NCBI RefSeq assembly: GCF_964204865.1
Contig: NC_135250.1
Span: 27,404,001-27,468,000, forward strand
DNA length: 64,000 nucleotides
Source: Styela clava
Taxonomy: Eukaryota
Reading direction: 5' to 3'
A program made the translations under genes and the position numbers. Below the pieces are notes generated by a model. It saw nothing but the letters and a program-made list of their open reading frames with translations, had not been told where the DNA came from and searched no databases. Numbering within the stretch: the stretch's first letter is position 1; each line of letters opens with the position of its first letter. Positions 40,082-53,600 of the stretch are shown here, piece by piece.

Positions 40082-41551
40082 TCATTTCTTCTCACAAAGA
40101 TATTTCAATTTTTTCGAGCATCTTTCGTCATTCAGTAGAAAATAACTATCAGAACCAGTTTTCACACAATCTTGGTCATTCTCTCTACCGCCATCTGGTT
40201 GTCCAAAAAGCCATGGAATTGTTCGAGGATTTGCGACAGTTCCATTTGACCAGACAAACGTGTTTTCTTGGTTTATATCGTCCAGACCAATCCACACTGG
40301 AAATTTGCCAGACTTGATCAATGGCACAAGTTGACTGCAATGTAATTACTACATCATTAGTAAATTTTATTATTAAATAGAAACTCGAAAGCTTTGTGTC
40401 GATTAAAAAAATTTCCATGAAGAATGTCCTATTTAAAAAATAAAAATCTAATATAAACTGAAAGAGTATATAAATACATTATATGCCTACTGAATTAGCC
40501 GAAGTATGGGCCACAAAATCATGACAGTTGAACAAATGTACTCCTGTAGTATGCAAACCAAGATCGCGGACACCAGAACGTGGTATGCGTGCCAGGTTAG
40601 AGTTAGGCGGTAATTTCAGGTACAAATACTACGAGAGTCACTTGGCTAGTGTCCGAACTCGTGATAGAACTGAAATCAGAAAATGGGAATAAAATTATGG
40701 TCGAACCCAAACCTGGTACACATACTACGTTCCGGTGTTGTCATCTTGGTTCGCATATTACATGAGTACCGAACAAAACAGATACAAATGATATTACTAT
40801 TTTACTTGTGAATTGTGTTATCACGAATCCCCTCTGATGACAGCATTGCCCCCTCCTTTATACAGTTTAATTTAGCAGTTGTGTAATCCACTTTATCATC
40901 GAATATTTTATAGTAGAATTTGTTACTTGCTTTGTACCAAGTCTTTAGTTGGTCCATGTTGTTGAGTCTGTATATTACACTTTCCATTTCTGTTAAACGA
41001 GACTATCATTGAATATACAATTATGCTTGAACTCGTATATACTGCAGTTGCAAAAGAAATTCTTAATTAAACCATAACAGACAGACTTAGTTTAAAACGC
41101 AAAAAAATGGAAATTAAAAGTCCCAGCTGCACGCAAAATATAATCTCACCTTTTTGCAGTCCCACTATGAGGTCGTGTTCTTCAGACCGCTGTTTCAATA
41201 TAGAATTAAACTTTGCTTCGAATTGACTTTGAAGCCCTATAATTAATCATATAATATGTTGCGTTACCTAGCATAATAAAAAAACACTCCCTTTTTAAAA
41301 AGTATATATTTACGTTTTTCATATTCCGTGTATCTTTTTTCATCATCACTTTCAGGAAGTTTTGTAAATCGGTCGCAAGTAATTTGAAAAGTTTGTCTTT
41401 TCAAATAATCCTTCAATACTTTCTTGGTCTTTGCTGTTTCGTCACATTTATCTCCGTCGCATTCGGATTTGAAACTACAATTAAATTCCTCGCTCAAACA
41501 TGTGGTCAATATTGACCACACAACAACAAGAATTTTCAAAAATCCCATCAT
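40082..41551 (-). CDS. Secreted C-type lectin (QPD, galactose-type) with Cys-rich N-terminus and coiled-coil-like neck, ~253 aa
   Basis: Exons 41551-41314, 41236-41150, 40989-40806, 40334-40082. Signal peptide, WIGL, FVW, QPD, LND..C....YLCE. Confidence 0.9.
40539..40770. mobile_element. Palindromic MITE, long form; related copies ~41755-41960, 25750-25960, 43370-43585, 57990-58210, 16040-16110
   Basis: gtactc...gagtac termini; inverted aacctggtacacatactac arms. Confidence 0.7.
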
Positions 41552-42139
41552 TTTTTATCAACTAATGATCCGTTACTAATAGTCCTATTGAGGAAAAATA
41601 AATTTTAATCATGAACAATGCATTTTCTCTTATAATTGTTTCTATTCATTCTAAGAATCAGTTATTAATGGATGTTTTTTTTTATTTCACAAATGTCCCT
41701 GAACAAGTCAACAAGTGTAATTGGTTGATATAATTTCGGAAAAGAAAGACAGTTGTACTCCCGAAGTATGTGAACCAATATGGCGGACACCGAAACGTAG
41801 TATGTGTACCAGGTTAGGGTTAGGCAATCATTTTATTTCAATTTTTCTTATTTTTGTTCTATTACGGAGTTCATGGACTAGACAAGTGACTCCCGTAGTA
41901 CCTGAAATTATGGCCAAAGTCTAACATGGCACACATCCTACATTCCGGTGTCCGCCACAGATTTTGCATTGGATATTCGACTATTCACTTATCGATCAGC
42001 TAATCAATTCCATAAATGCATGCTGCTAATGCGCGTAAGTTCACTATCGTTCACTATTTTACTAATATGTGATAAAAGTAAATTTAAGACTGCCTTTGAC
42101 AAATTTATATACATCATCGTCCAAATACACGAACTGTAC

Positions 42140-45040
42140 TTAATATGCATTGTGATTGCAGACCAGTCTGGTTATGGTTAACTATTTTTCCTGATCAATG
42201 CAAATTTGAGAATTTACATGATTCGAAAGTTTTGAAATATGTCTTTGAATATTCTCGCAATTCAAATATTTGAACCGGTTTCATACGTCATCATAATCAA
42301 TTAAATCAAAAATAAAAAAAACTATCAAAAAATAAAACAGTTTATTGAACAAGTTTTTGTGCTTTATTCCGATTTTACATAATATATATCTGGTACATGT
42401 GACGTTCCCCTGCTTCAATCAATATCACCACGTCTTTTTTATTTACCCATATACGTCATGAGGCTCATCTGAATATAATTTTTTTTTGGAAATTTTACGT
42501 GAATCTATCCAATAATTATTTTTGCTATTGACATATTCATATCGCTTGAGTGTGTCGTACTTTGGCATAATACCTCAAAATATTTACATATATGCGAATT
42601 TATTTTACTTGCATTGGGTTATCATATGAATACAATTTGATGTACAAGCTTCAAATATTTATTAGGTTAAATCGACTTTTATTTTCTAATTATATATAAA
42701 CGTTTTATTCCCAACCCTCCAAGCGTGAATTTCTATTGTCAACGTCTGCGACACCGACACATAGACGGTTAAACTCAGTATTTGCAAAATAAAAAAAAAA
42801 GAATATAAAAACTTTTCACAAGGACTGGACACAGTACTGGTTGAAATTTAATGTTCTGTGGTCAATTTTACACTACACAAAGCAGCATTGAAATATTGTG
42901 TAGAAGTGCACAATTATTTATCTAGCTTATTTAACGTGTTTCCTAACAGTGTATCAGCTTTCCAAATGTCCAACGATAATATTTTCTCTCTTTTGTGAGG
43001 AATATTGTAACTTTTTCAAGTCAGTTCCAAGCATGGACAAGTCATTTGCACATATAATACTACCATTGATCACACATAATCTATATCTTATTGTTATTAA
43101 ACGATTCAGCAGAGATACTTTATAGAATGTCAGGTCAGACAAATACTACGCGTTGGTCCACAGCAGCATCAGATATAGTATAGGTCAGCGCTTGATAATT
43201 ATTAGAATTAATCTATTCACTGTTCAAATGAAGATCCTGCAATACTTTTCGGTTTTGGTGCTGATTTTCGCTACAGGTATGTTAGGACGATTAATAATTA
43301 TTCTCAGTTCAGTATAGCAGTAGATGTAAAATAAATTAAAATTACATTTAAAATTAGAATACGTGAAAGCAAACGTTTATTGAACGTTCCAGGTCAGGGT
43401 TTGGCCATAATTTTATTCCGATTTTTGTTATTTTAGTTCTATTACGAGTTCGGGGACTGTCTGTGTTAGTCAAGTGAATGTACTCCCTGCTCATAGGCTT
43501 CCGTCCCTTTAAACAATTTGATGTAAAGTAGGCGAACAAAATTAGTTACCTCTATATTGGTACACATACTTCTGTGACGCCTAATGTTGCAATTTAAAGA
43601 GCACCAGATATCTAATTCAGAAGTTTCAAGGTTGATTCGGAATGTAGATAAATATCTTCAATTAACTTTTGACTTTTCGCCACTTTATGTAAATGATCTT
43701 TGGCTAATTAGTTTCTACTATTTCCATAAGTATTTTTATAATTTGTTTCACAGCATCTGCCATCAGATGTTACACATGCCTTGTTTGTGACACAGTCGAT
43801 TCATCAACAGAAACTAGAGAATGTAATGGGACTGAAACGACCTGCACAAAAATAGAAGCAACATTGATGGGTGAGTATAAACGATTAAATTTTTGGTAAT
43901 TAATAAAATCATTGATTAAAATTGGCAAATTTAGATATAAAGTTCACAACAATGTGCCAATGCCATATTGCTTACTAAATGATCCTAAATGTGAGATATT
44001 TCAGCGTACATTCAAATTGATAAATAATAGTATAACCAAAATTATTAACATGGTTGATTTGAATATGCAGTTTACAACATTGTGCCATATAGCTAACGAA
44101 ATAAGCCTACATCTAAGATGTTTCAGCGCACATACTTATTTTTACTTTTCAGGCGTTCGCCAAGTTGGGCGTGTGTGCAGCAGTGGATCAGATGGATGCA
44201 GCACTGTCGGTGATGTGAATAGCGATACTTTCACAACTACGTGTTATTGTAACACAGATAAAAATTAATTGACTTCCGATGCATTCAAGATATTTTTGAT
44301 GTTAAATCAAGTTATTTTTAGATCTATGCAATGGAGCATCCTCAAAACAGATAGGAGTCAAAGAAGCAATTCTTGTCTTCTCTATATCAGCACTGGTGTT
44401 CAGGCAATACATTTAATAGTTGCAACTATAAGCCTTGAGTGTTTTTGTTTGTTGAATGAGCTGTAATCATTGTTGAATAAATTAAACAGACTATGGAATA
44501 TCTTTCCTTTTTTATTTCCACAATCATTTTAGTTGACACGTGTTAAAGATAAGTAACTTAGATGATAAGATACTTTATCAAAGCAGATAGACATCAGTAG
44601 ATACTTGTACATGATCTTGTTTGGAGCGAAAAACGTGAACAGAATTCGTATGAATAGCGTGATAACGGGAACAAAGCGGGCAACAAACTTAAGACCCTAC
44701 TTTAAAAATCAAGTCTCCTGCCCCACCTGAAAAACAACTAGCTAACAATGAGCTAAGAATAAAAGATAGTAAGGCGAAATAATAATGAAAAAAACGTTGA
44801 AATTTCGTGGACGGAATGTAAATAATGAAATAAATGATAAATTCTGAAATTTTGAATAGCCTCACCCCCTTCAAAAATTGTCTACGACTCACCGTTTGAT
44901 TCATCGTTTAATATATTTTAATTTACTATATTGTTTCGGTTGAAATACTTGGTAGAATGACGGCTCAGACTGATCTCACAAATTTAATAAATGACTTACT
45001 TCAGGTGTAATGGCTTTACCCAACACCGAAAAAAATCGAA
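42140..45040. repeat. Inverted duplicate of ~21830-25170 (Ly6 locus)
   Basis: For example, gattgcagaccagtctggtt (~42154) is the reverse complement of ~25141-25160, and tggtagaatg..ggctca.actgatctca (~44950) matches ~21887-21916. Confidence 0.9.
43228..44416 (+). CDS. Ly6/uPAR three-finger protein, copy 2, with mutated intron-3 donor
   Basis: Exons 43228-43276, 43754-43870, 44153-44257, 44322-44416. The intron-3 donor reads AT instead of GT; read-through stops at 44268. Confidence 0.85.
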
Positions 45041-47368
45041 TATCGTTATTGGGCACTGAAGACTCCAATAGCTCCGACCGAGCGAGATGTGACATGGAAT
45101 TGGTAAGGCTTACAATAATACCAAGCATAATTCTTCCTTTGCTTAAATCCTTGACGTTACTATAATGTAAACATGACATGCTGTCAGTAACACATAGTAA
45201 ATTAGAAACTATAATCAGCATTTAAATAACTCTATATTGAACTTATGAAAATTTATCATCTGTGGATTATAATTTTTGATAATTCTATTAAATCAAATCA
45301 GGGAAAACATGACCCCTATAACATCATTACACCTAATATTATACTAATTTCACCTTTTTTATCTATAAATCTTTTTGGCGACCCAGCGAATTAGTTTAGG
45401 TGTTGTTTGAAATATACGATCAATGCTGTAGAACATAGCAATTTTTGTGACAATAAACGTGTTTCCAGTGTCAAAACAAAGTGCTGCAATTGCTACATGT
45501 TGCACTTTTGTCTTAAATTATTGAAAGCTGATATTATTGAACCCTGAAAACTACCGATGCATGAATATAGGAAAGTAAATGACACAGAATACAACCTCAT
45601 TAAGTTCAATATACTTTATTAGACTTCATCGATTGACAGACGTTGGTTAATGCACTTTAATTCAAACTAATATGAAAATGTTATCTACAATTTATTCTCA
45701 TTATGTTGCAATATGATATGATACTTCAGTTCTGCAGCGAGACACTCAGATATAGATACAGAATTTGCTTGAAACTTTCAGGAGTCAGGAGCGTCTGATT
45801 CATTTGTTTTATTTTGCGTATGGAAGGCAGTGAATAAGTGTTTGATAAAAAACTATCTTTTTATATAGTTTATTCCTAACCCAATAATACATGTAAAAAG
45901 AATACATCTGGATAGAAAAACAGATATGTTATCAAACATTAAAGCATTTTGTTTTTACAGAGGAAAGTGCTTGAAAAGGGATAATGCTGGAGTACTAATA
46001 AGTTTCATGTTATCTAAAAGTTCTTGAGATATATCATGTTATATTTTGTTCTGATAATAAACCAATTTCATTGCCAATAAAAAATATTTTCTGGTAGCTC
46101 GTTAGTCCTGACGATCCTAGAAATATTGATAGAACTTGCATTTTACCCGGTGAAATGGTAAAATGTTAATGGCTTGAAGCGTGAAATACATGCTGTAACA
46201 CTATATTTACTATAGTGAATTGCTGCCTAGCTGCTGTCAATGAAGAGTTCAAAGCCGATTAGCGAGGACAGGCATAAATAATTCACAACAAACAAAATTC
46301 AATAATGAGTTCAAGTTCATTGCTACGATTCATTGAAAAAATTTAAGAATTCTCAGGTTCAAATTTTGAAGAGATCACAGGAAGTGTTTTTATATGTGAA
46401 GCGCTATAACAGCGAGTAATCAAAACATGCAAAACAGGTTTGTTTTCAGGTACTTGAGAAATGAGGCATTTGAACTAAGTAAATTGTTCCAAAAAAGACT
46501 TAAGCTGAAAATTGTACACCTAGACGTATTGTTAGACCGCCGTTTTAAAATATATACTCGCTATGATGTCGGAGATTAGAATAAAGCTCAATTTCACGTA
46601 CGAAAAGCAAAATTTTATTTACCGCTATTCTGAACGTTTTTGTGGCTTATCTATTCCAAATGCAGGTTTATTTAATATCGTACTCGTGTGCTTGCTTTGA
46701 GTAGCGCTTTAGAGTCATGCTATAGGAAAATATTCCTAAAGCGAACCAAAAAAATATTTAATAAAAGTCAATTATGGCATTTTTCAATAAAAGTCACTAT
46801 ATGTTGTTTGCAGCATGTTATCAAATAATTAATATAAATAGGGTGGGATTCATAACTGATTCTGAAGATCCTGACTCTCGTAAAAAAGTCAAGTAACATC
46901 CATTTGAATATGAATCTTTTTGCCTATTGTATTACGGGAATTGTAAATATTTCTCGTGAAAATGATGATGACAACTGTGGGTATTTAATTGTCGCATCTT
47001 TGATGTAGGTTATAAAAATTTATCGTTTACCTTACTTGATTAAATTGTGACTTACGATGCACATAAAAAAGTTTTTCCTGTTCGCTTTTAACAAACTGAA
47101 AAGGTATGAGAGGGTTTTTATTGAAATGTTGCTTTTTTACTGGTTATTTGATAATTTTTCAATTTTTGTATTGGATATGTCAATTTCATACCTATAGATA
47201 TGGAATATAGAATTTTATCAGCAGGATAATTGATAAACTGAGGTAGTGTTCCTGTTCTGTATCTATCTTGTCCCTGTCACAAATGTTGTACAATAGTATT
47301 TTCAGGTTTATTTACAGTTCACGTTTATTTACCTAGAATCACATCTAATAAGTATTATGACTATAAAG

Positions 47369-48019
47369 CAGTGCTCTTCAACAGAGGTTCCAGGTTCCGC
47401 AATACATGCAGTGGGGTTCCGTGAGTTCATAAGGTTCCGCGCTTTTTTTTTTTCAGGGGAAATCATTTATTACTTCAGCATGTTGATGCGTCATTATAAA
47501 TATTCTTAGACCATCGGGTCTCATTCAAACTCCAAGTAGGCCAGTTCGTTAAACAGGAGGTTTGTTTAGGCACAGTGCAGTTAACAGACAAAACAGAAAT
47601 ATTTTCGGTTGTTGCGTCACTTTAGTCATTGTTATGCAACTAACAAAAACGCTATTGTTGGAACATAGTTACATGATGTTCAAAGTATGTAGAATGTAGA
47701 TATTGCTCGAGATTAGAGAGAGTATATACTACAAACAAGAGCTTTTGTTGGAATATAGTAAAAATAGTCAATACAGATGAAGCAAAATAGTATATTTTCC
47801 TATGTGAGGCGAAATAATAACAACGGTGTAGGTCAGGACGGCAATGAGCAAAGTAGTTCAAATGCAAAAAGCTGTACCTGCTCCTCCTCCGAAGCGAACC
47901 AGGTGTAATTCAATTGCCAAAGTTAGAATTTTTTTTTCAATTTTGTTAATTGGGGTTCCATAAAAAACGAAAAAACTATATCAGGGGTTCCACAATAACA
48001 AAAAGGTTGAAGAGCATTG
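47369..48019. mobile_element. hAT-type MITE
   Basis: TIR cagtgctcttcaac/gttgaagagcattg; perfect 8-bp TSD ctataaag; repeated ggttcc subterminal motifs. Confidence 0.9.
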
Positions 48020-50621
48020 CTATAAAGTACTGTTTTTGTTGTACAATAGGACTTCTTTATTTTGCTTAACATGCCTAAGATCGATTTGAAAACTTGTGCT
48101 GCCCTTGTGCTTATCGCTTTTGTATAAGGCTTATAATGAAACAGTAATTGGAGTTTAATCTTATTGTGGGATCTCTAATTCAACACGCGCTCAAGTTATG
48201 TCAGGAAAATGTATTTCCCGTTTCATCTTAATTGTGAATTAATAATTAATGCAATGAAGAGAACACAAGAATTTTTACAGTTGCAATCAACATGAAAAAT
48301 GCTAGAAAACAAAAATAATTAACAAGCAGTGTTTTGGTATTTGGCGAAGATACAAACTTATGACAATGCTTGCATATAAGTTCATTTATCTAATTTGAAT
48401 TGTAAAATGGAGTATATTCTGGCAGCGGTGTATCCCAGTCATAAAAATTAAACGAAGGACCAAATAATTTCTACCTATTAATATAATTGACTTTTCCACA
48501 ATTGTTGCATATATTTCAATCGGTATTGATTTTTAACGTAGAAGACAGTCTTTATTGACTTTTTCAAAGTTTCTAATTGCCATTCCAATCGACCCATTCT
48601 ATAATGATACCTTGTTTAAAAATGTTAAAAATCGTGTAAACTTTACAAATGTTTTAATGTAAATGAATTATATAGCTCCATTTTTTTATTATTTTTCATG
48701 GTGAAAGGATAAAAATTGTTCGCGTTAAAAATAAATTTGTTATCAGAAACAGTGAACTTTAGAAACATTTCAATAGTGAAAGATTACATTCCATATTTTT
48801 CATATTTTTTTCGAAGTAATTCCGAAAGACGTATGGGATAGCAATTATTGATGGACTTCGAAGTTGAGTGACACAGTGACACAGCACGACTAGTAGCTTT
48901 ATTATATCTTCATTTGTCTGGTTCCTACTGCGATATTATGAAATGTCTTTATTTATTTTTTGATAATTTAGTATTATACAGAACAAAATGGTATATGAAA
49001 ATATGCTTGCTTTCTTTAATAATCCCTTTTTATTTAGTATGGATATTTTCCAAAGGTTTTTGTTTGTATTGACGCCAGTGTCTTTTAAAGGCGCAAGTTC
49101 AATGAAGAGAAACCTGTTGCGGACACCGTGTACTGTTCAGTCCGGATGCATTTAACTAGCAATATGTGTATATTTAGTTAGACACCAGTATCCGAGCAAG
49201 AGTTCAAATATAGTTATTGTAAGTAAGTTATGGCGTCAATAACTTCCTATGGGAAATCTACTTATTCCGCTTTTCCTTAATCTCGAGTCGAAAGGTCATA
49301 CTGTCACATTTTCGGGTGATAATGATATGTCGTGAGTCTTTGAAGTCGGCGACGTTTAAGTCTGAGAAATAATATAAATATGAAAATGCCGCTCCTATAA
49401 TCATATGTACGCAATTTAGGCAATGATTGTGTCAGCTATGCAGCATATTGATTTCGGAAATTCTGTAGATATAAATTTTGCAGCAAGATAGTTTGATAGG
49501 ACTGTTAGAGATTGGGGGAGACTTTATTTGAATGAATATTTAAAATACCTTTATCAATATTATTTTTTATACAAAAATGAATTAGTTTTGTATTTTTGCC
49601 AAATAATGATGTACTATCTATATACAAAAACGCCATAAATGTAGCGTATTAGAATGAAGGATTGGCAGAGACCCGCAGAAACTATTTACTGTCATTAACA
49701 GTAGGAAAATTGTGCTTTCATAGGTTGAAGATCTGTATATTTACTATTTTTCATCCCACGTATTTGTAATGTAGCAAGCAAAACGTGTATTTTACTAGAC
49801 CTATTATTCATACATTTGTGTATCTTTTTCAGTTGCAGCAAAAATTATGTGAAGTGATATTTGAAAATAATATATGTGTTATTGTGTGAAATTTGAAATT
49901 TCCAAGAAGACAATAATTACCAATTGGATTTTCACTTCACTAAAAATATGGTCAAAAGCCAATTTTCTTCAGCAATCTAAGCAAACAGTCGTGGATCTTG
50001 AATGACTCTAAAGATGTAGTGCACAATATTTGTTGATTCCGATTATGAATTCAATTGCAGTGTATCACGGGAGCAATAGTAAACAAAATTCTCATACTAT
50101 AATGATAATTATGGCCAACAAACAACACCCAAGTTCGGTAACAATTGCCCCGGCGTCCAATTAAAATTGAAAGCCAAAGCCAATTAAAAAAAATTGTAGG
50201 TCATTTACAAAGGAAGGGATTTGGTTAAATGAGCATTTTTCTGTCTGAAATATGAGCTAGTTAATCATCATTTCAGTAATATATAGTCCAGTATTTTTAT
50301 CAGAAAGAAAAGGTTCGGTTAATCTTTTTCCATCTTCTCCGAAATATCAATCACAAGGATGATCAATATCGTGCTTACCGATATGTTATGCGGCCGTTTT
50401 GTTTTATAGAGGGAATAAAAAGTCTTAGTTCAACATATGATTTCGTTGCCAGAACAGTTCAAATGAATAACTATAAACACTGCAATGAAATCATTTTGAG
50501 CTTCAGAGAATTACAAATACCTCAATTTTCTCTGGACTAATCAATCCTAACTATTCTATTGTTTACAGAAATTATATAATTTTTCCTCAGTCGCTTGGTT
50601 TTTACGTTTTTAAGATTTAAA

Positions 50622-53600
50622 ATGACTATTTTTCGAAAAGCAACTCTGGTTTGGTATATTATCATTCTTTCGGATATGTCGTCAGAAGCAAAAAGGCGGA
50701 ACAGATCAAGAAACGATGATCATATTGCTGAAGAAGCAGATCTCAAAAGTCGAAGTTATTATGGTATAAAATTATTTTTATAGCGGACCACTCTCAAAAA
50801 GCCATCACTTTGCCTACAAGCAATCTTTTTCATAAGAAGTGGCACCAGGAGGGTTATTAGGATATTTATATAGATAGACACGGCATAGTGTCTACCTTGC
50901 GTTTGAACAAGAGATTCTCATAGTCCGAGAAGTTTAAAATAGCCTTGCGCACGGACTTCTATGCCACCTATTTTACTAAAATTGCTCTTTTCGATAACAT
51001 GGTAAAGATTTAAACTTGTCATTTTTCATATTAGCTACCACAGATGACATTAAAAATTAGAAACCTAGTAACACAAGGCGACGTATGGCCTATTCCACTT
51101 TTTTGTAATTTTTTTTCAATACTAGGGCACGGAAGCATGGAGGTTAGACTTAAATATGACTGAATCGCAGGCTGTAATGTCAGATTCGAATCACATGCAC
51201 ACCACTTCACTCGTTGCGTAACAAACTATGTAAGCCAGCGGTTCCCAAACTTTTTGTTTGTGCGGCACTAAATTATCAGGAAAAAACAAACGGCGCACTT
51301 ACACAAAAAAAACAAATGCTGCTTTTAAATTGAACTCTATTTTTGTAACCTTGATGTGTACTTCATGCCTTTCAAAGTTTGTAAACACATAGATCTAAGG
51401 AATAAAAAAAATATTCACTTTTTTTTCTCATATTTGCCTGATTTTACTTTGAAATGCTGAGAATATCGCATATGTTCCCTAAACTCGGTTCAGCAGATAA
51501 ATAAACTGCAACTTGCAAAATTGCAGCAAGTAATGTTTATTTCTATTATTACGTAACAATAGAGGCAGACCCTACGTAACAGAAAGTAAACAAAATAGGA
51601 AGGTAAAATGAATTGGTTTGATCATATACACAGCATTTTAAATAAGAAACAATAAAACTTACATACTAAATACAGTATGTAAAATATTTTATCATATTTC
51701 AGTTATGTTTAAAATAATTTTGTTGATTTTTGCGGCGAATTGTCAAGTTGGCGTACCCTTTGCTGGATGGCAACGCTGTATCTGCAAGATTCCTGTTCAT
51801 CAAGACCAAATCAGTCCTCGTACAGAGCCTTGTTCTAAGCGTATGGTTTATAAACACGTCATATTAAAATATCAATTATTTGTTTAGAACAGAGTCATCC
51901 GACCCTTGATCCTCATACAACATCTATGACGCAGCAAGTTGAAAAATTGTTCAGAAGTCATGCATATGAGATGAGCGTCAGTCCTTCAAGAAACGGTAAA
52001 GAGCATTTTTCAGTAAATTTCACACGTATTTATAGATCAACCCACTTCATCTATAGACATAATATTTTAGATTAATGATTAGATTAAATAGTGATATTGA
52101 TGATCTGGGCCCTGCGATAATAGACGGGTCAAAAATAGCATTTCTGTACATTATATTTTATCATAGTTCATATTATCAAGATTCATTTCATGTACTTTTA
52201 GATGAGCCTGTGCGCGTTGGAGTTGCCATACTAATTGAAAGTATATCAGACATTTCAGAAGTGAATATGGTAAGTGTACAGCTTTCCTCTATATATTGTA
52301 AGCGTTTCGTTGCAGAGATAATTTTATATCGCTGTAAAAAAAAAATTTACAACAAATTATTACAGTGAAGCGCTCATTGTATTAAAGGACAGCAGATAGG
52401 ATTAGTATTTACGTAAAAATTCTATAACTACAAATATTTAGAATTTCAATCAGAGGCTTTATTACATATCGATTTTAATCGGTAAGTATGTTGATAGTTA
52501 TTTGTCTGTCCATCTGTCTGTTAGATGCACGCGATATCTCACGAAAGCTAGATTAAATCTTCTCCAGATTGCATGTGCATTCATCATATCAGAAGCCTAT
52601 TAATTTGGCGAATTATGTCGTATAATTAGCGAGGTATTAATTAATTAGTGATGGGACACAAGGTGTCACTATGGAGTAAGAGCGCTGTTATGGCGGATCC
52701 CCTAACTTTCGATCGATAAGTCTTCGGTCTCTGACCGATATTCTCGTTTATACGTTCATGCAATATATTTTTAAGCGTTTGCTTATATTTCAAAAATAAC
52801 GGAAGTTGACATTTGTATATGATTTTTATTCTGTGAGAAAAGAATACTCAATAGAGTATTGTTGCGGTATAACAACAAAAGTAGTGCATTAAAAAAGGAT
52901 GTTTATTTATTTGAACAGGAAAAAATTAATTATAATTTAGAGCCACGTGATTATATATGTTTTCACTATACACTCGTGTAGTCCTAGAATTGGAGTTAGT
53001 AACAGAATACCAGACCCATATGTCTTGCGAAGAAAGCACAAAAGCGTTTTTCATTAAGCAGTATTTATGTTTTTGCTATGTTGTTTCATTTATTATTAAT
53101 GAACTTGAATGAATATTCATGAAAAATGTTTTAGGTCATAAATTGGGTTGTCGAAGACTAATAATTTTTGATGTCGATGAAAGACGACATATGATATGAC
53201 ATTCAGAAAGTATATGAAAATAGTCAGTTGATTTTGTTTTTAAATCGGGAACAACGACAAAATTTCGTCACGCAGTTTTATTAATTTTCTAAAAATTTAC
53301 CAAATTTTGAATTAGGCTCAGTTCAAAGCACAGTTTGGTACAATTTATAAAGCTTCGTACGTCTTCCTAAAATCGCCCGTTGTTATTCCAGCTTATCTTT
53401 AGTTTATAATATTGACTCGTGATTGTTCTTAAGACATCGCAATGTATAATTCCATACTTTACTCAAATGTCAGATCCAAAATTTTAATTGATTTATTTAT
53501 ACTTAATAGTGGACAATTGATTAGGGAATCTGGAGTAACCATCTAATGCCGATTCACAAATTCACGTCATCTCTGACTTCAAGGTTACGTGTGAATGTTG

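Noticed and set aside
44258-44321. U12-type AT-AC intron as an explanation for the Ly6 AT donor
   Set aside because: Lacks the ATATCCTT donor consensus and ends in AG.
51118-51210. tRNA-like or SINE head (attcgaatc box)
   Set aside because: No convincing cloverleaf; too degenerate to call.
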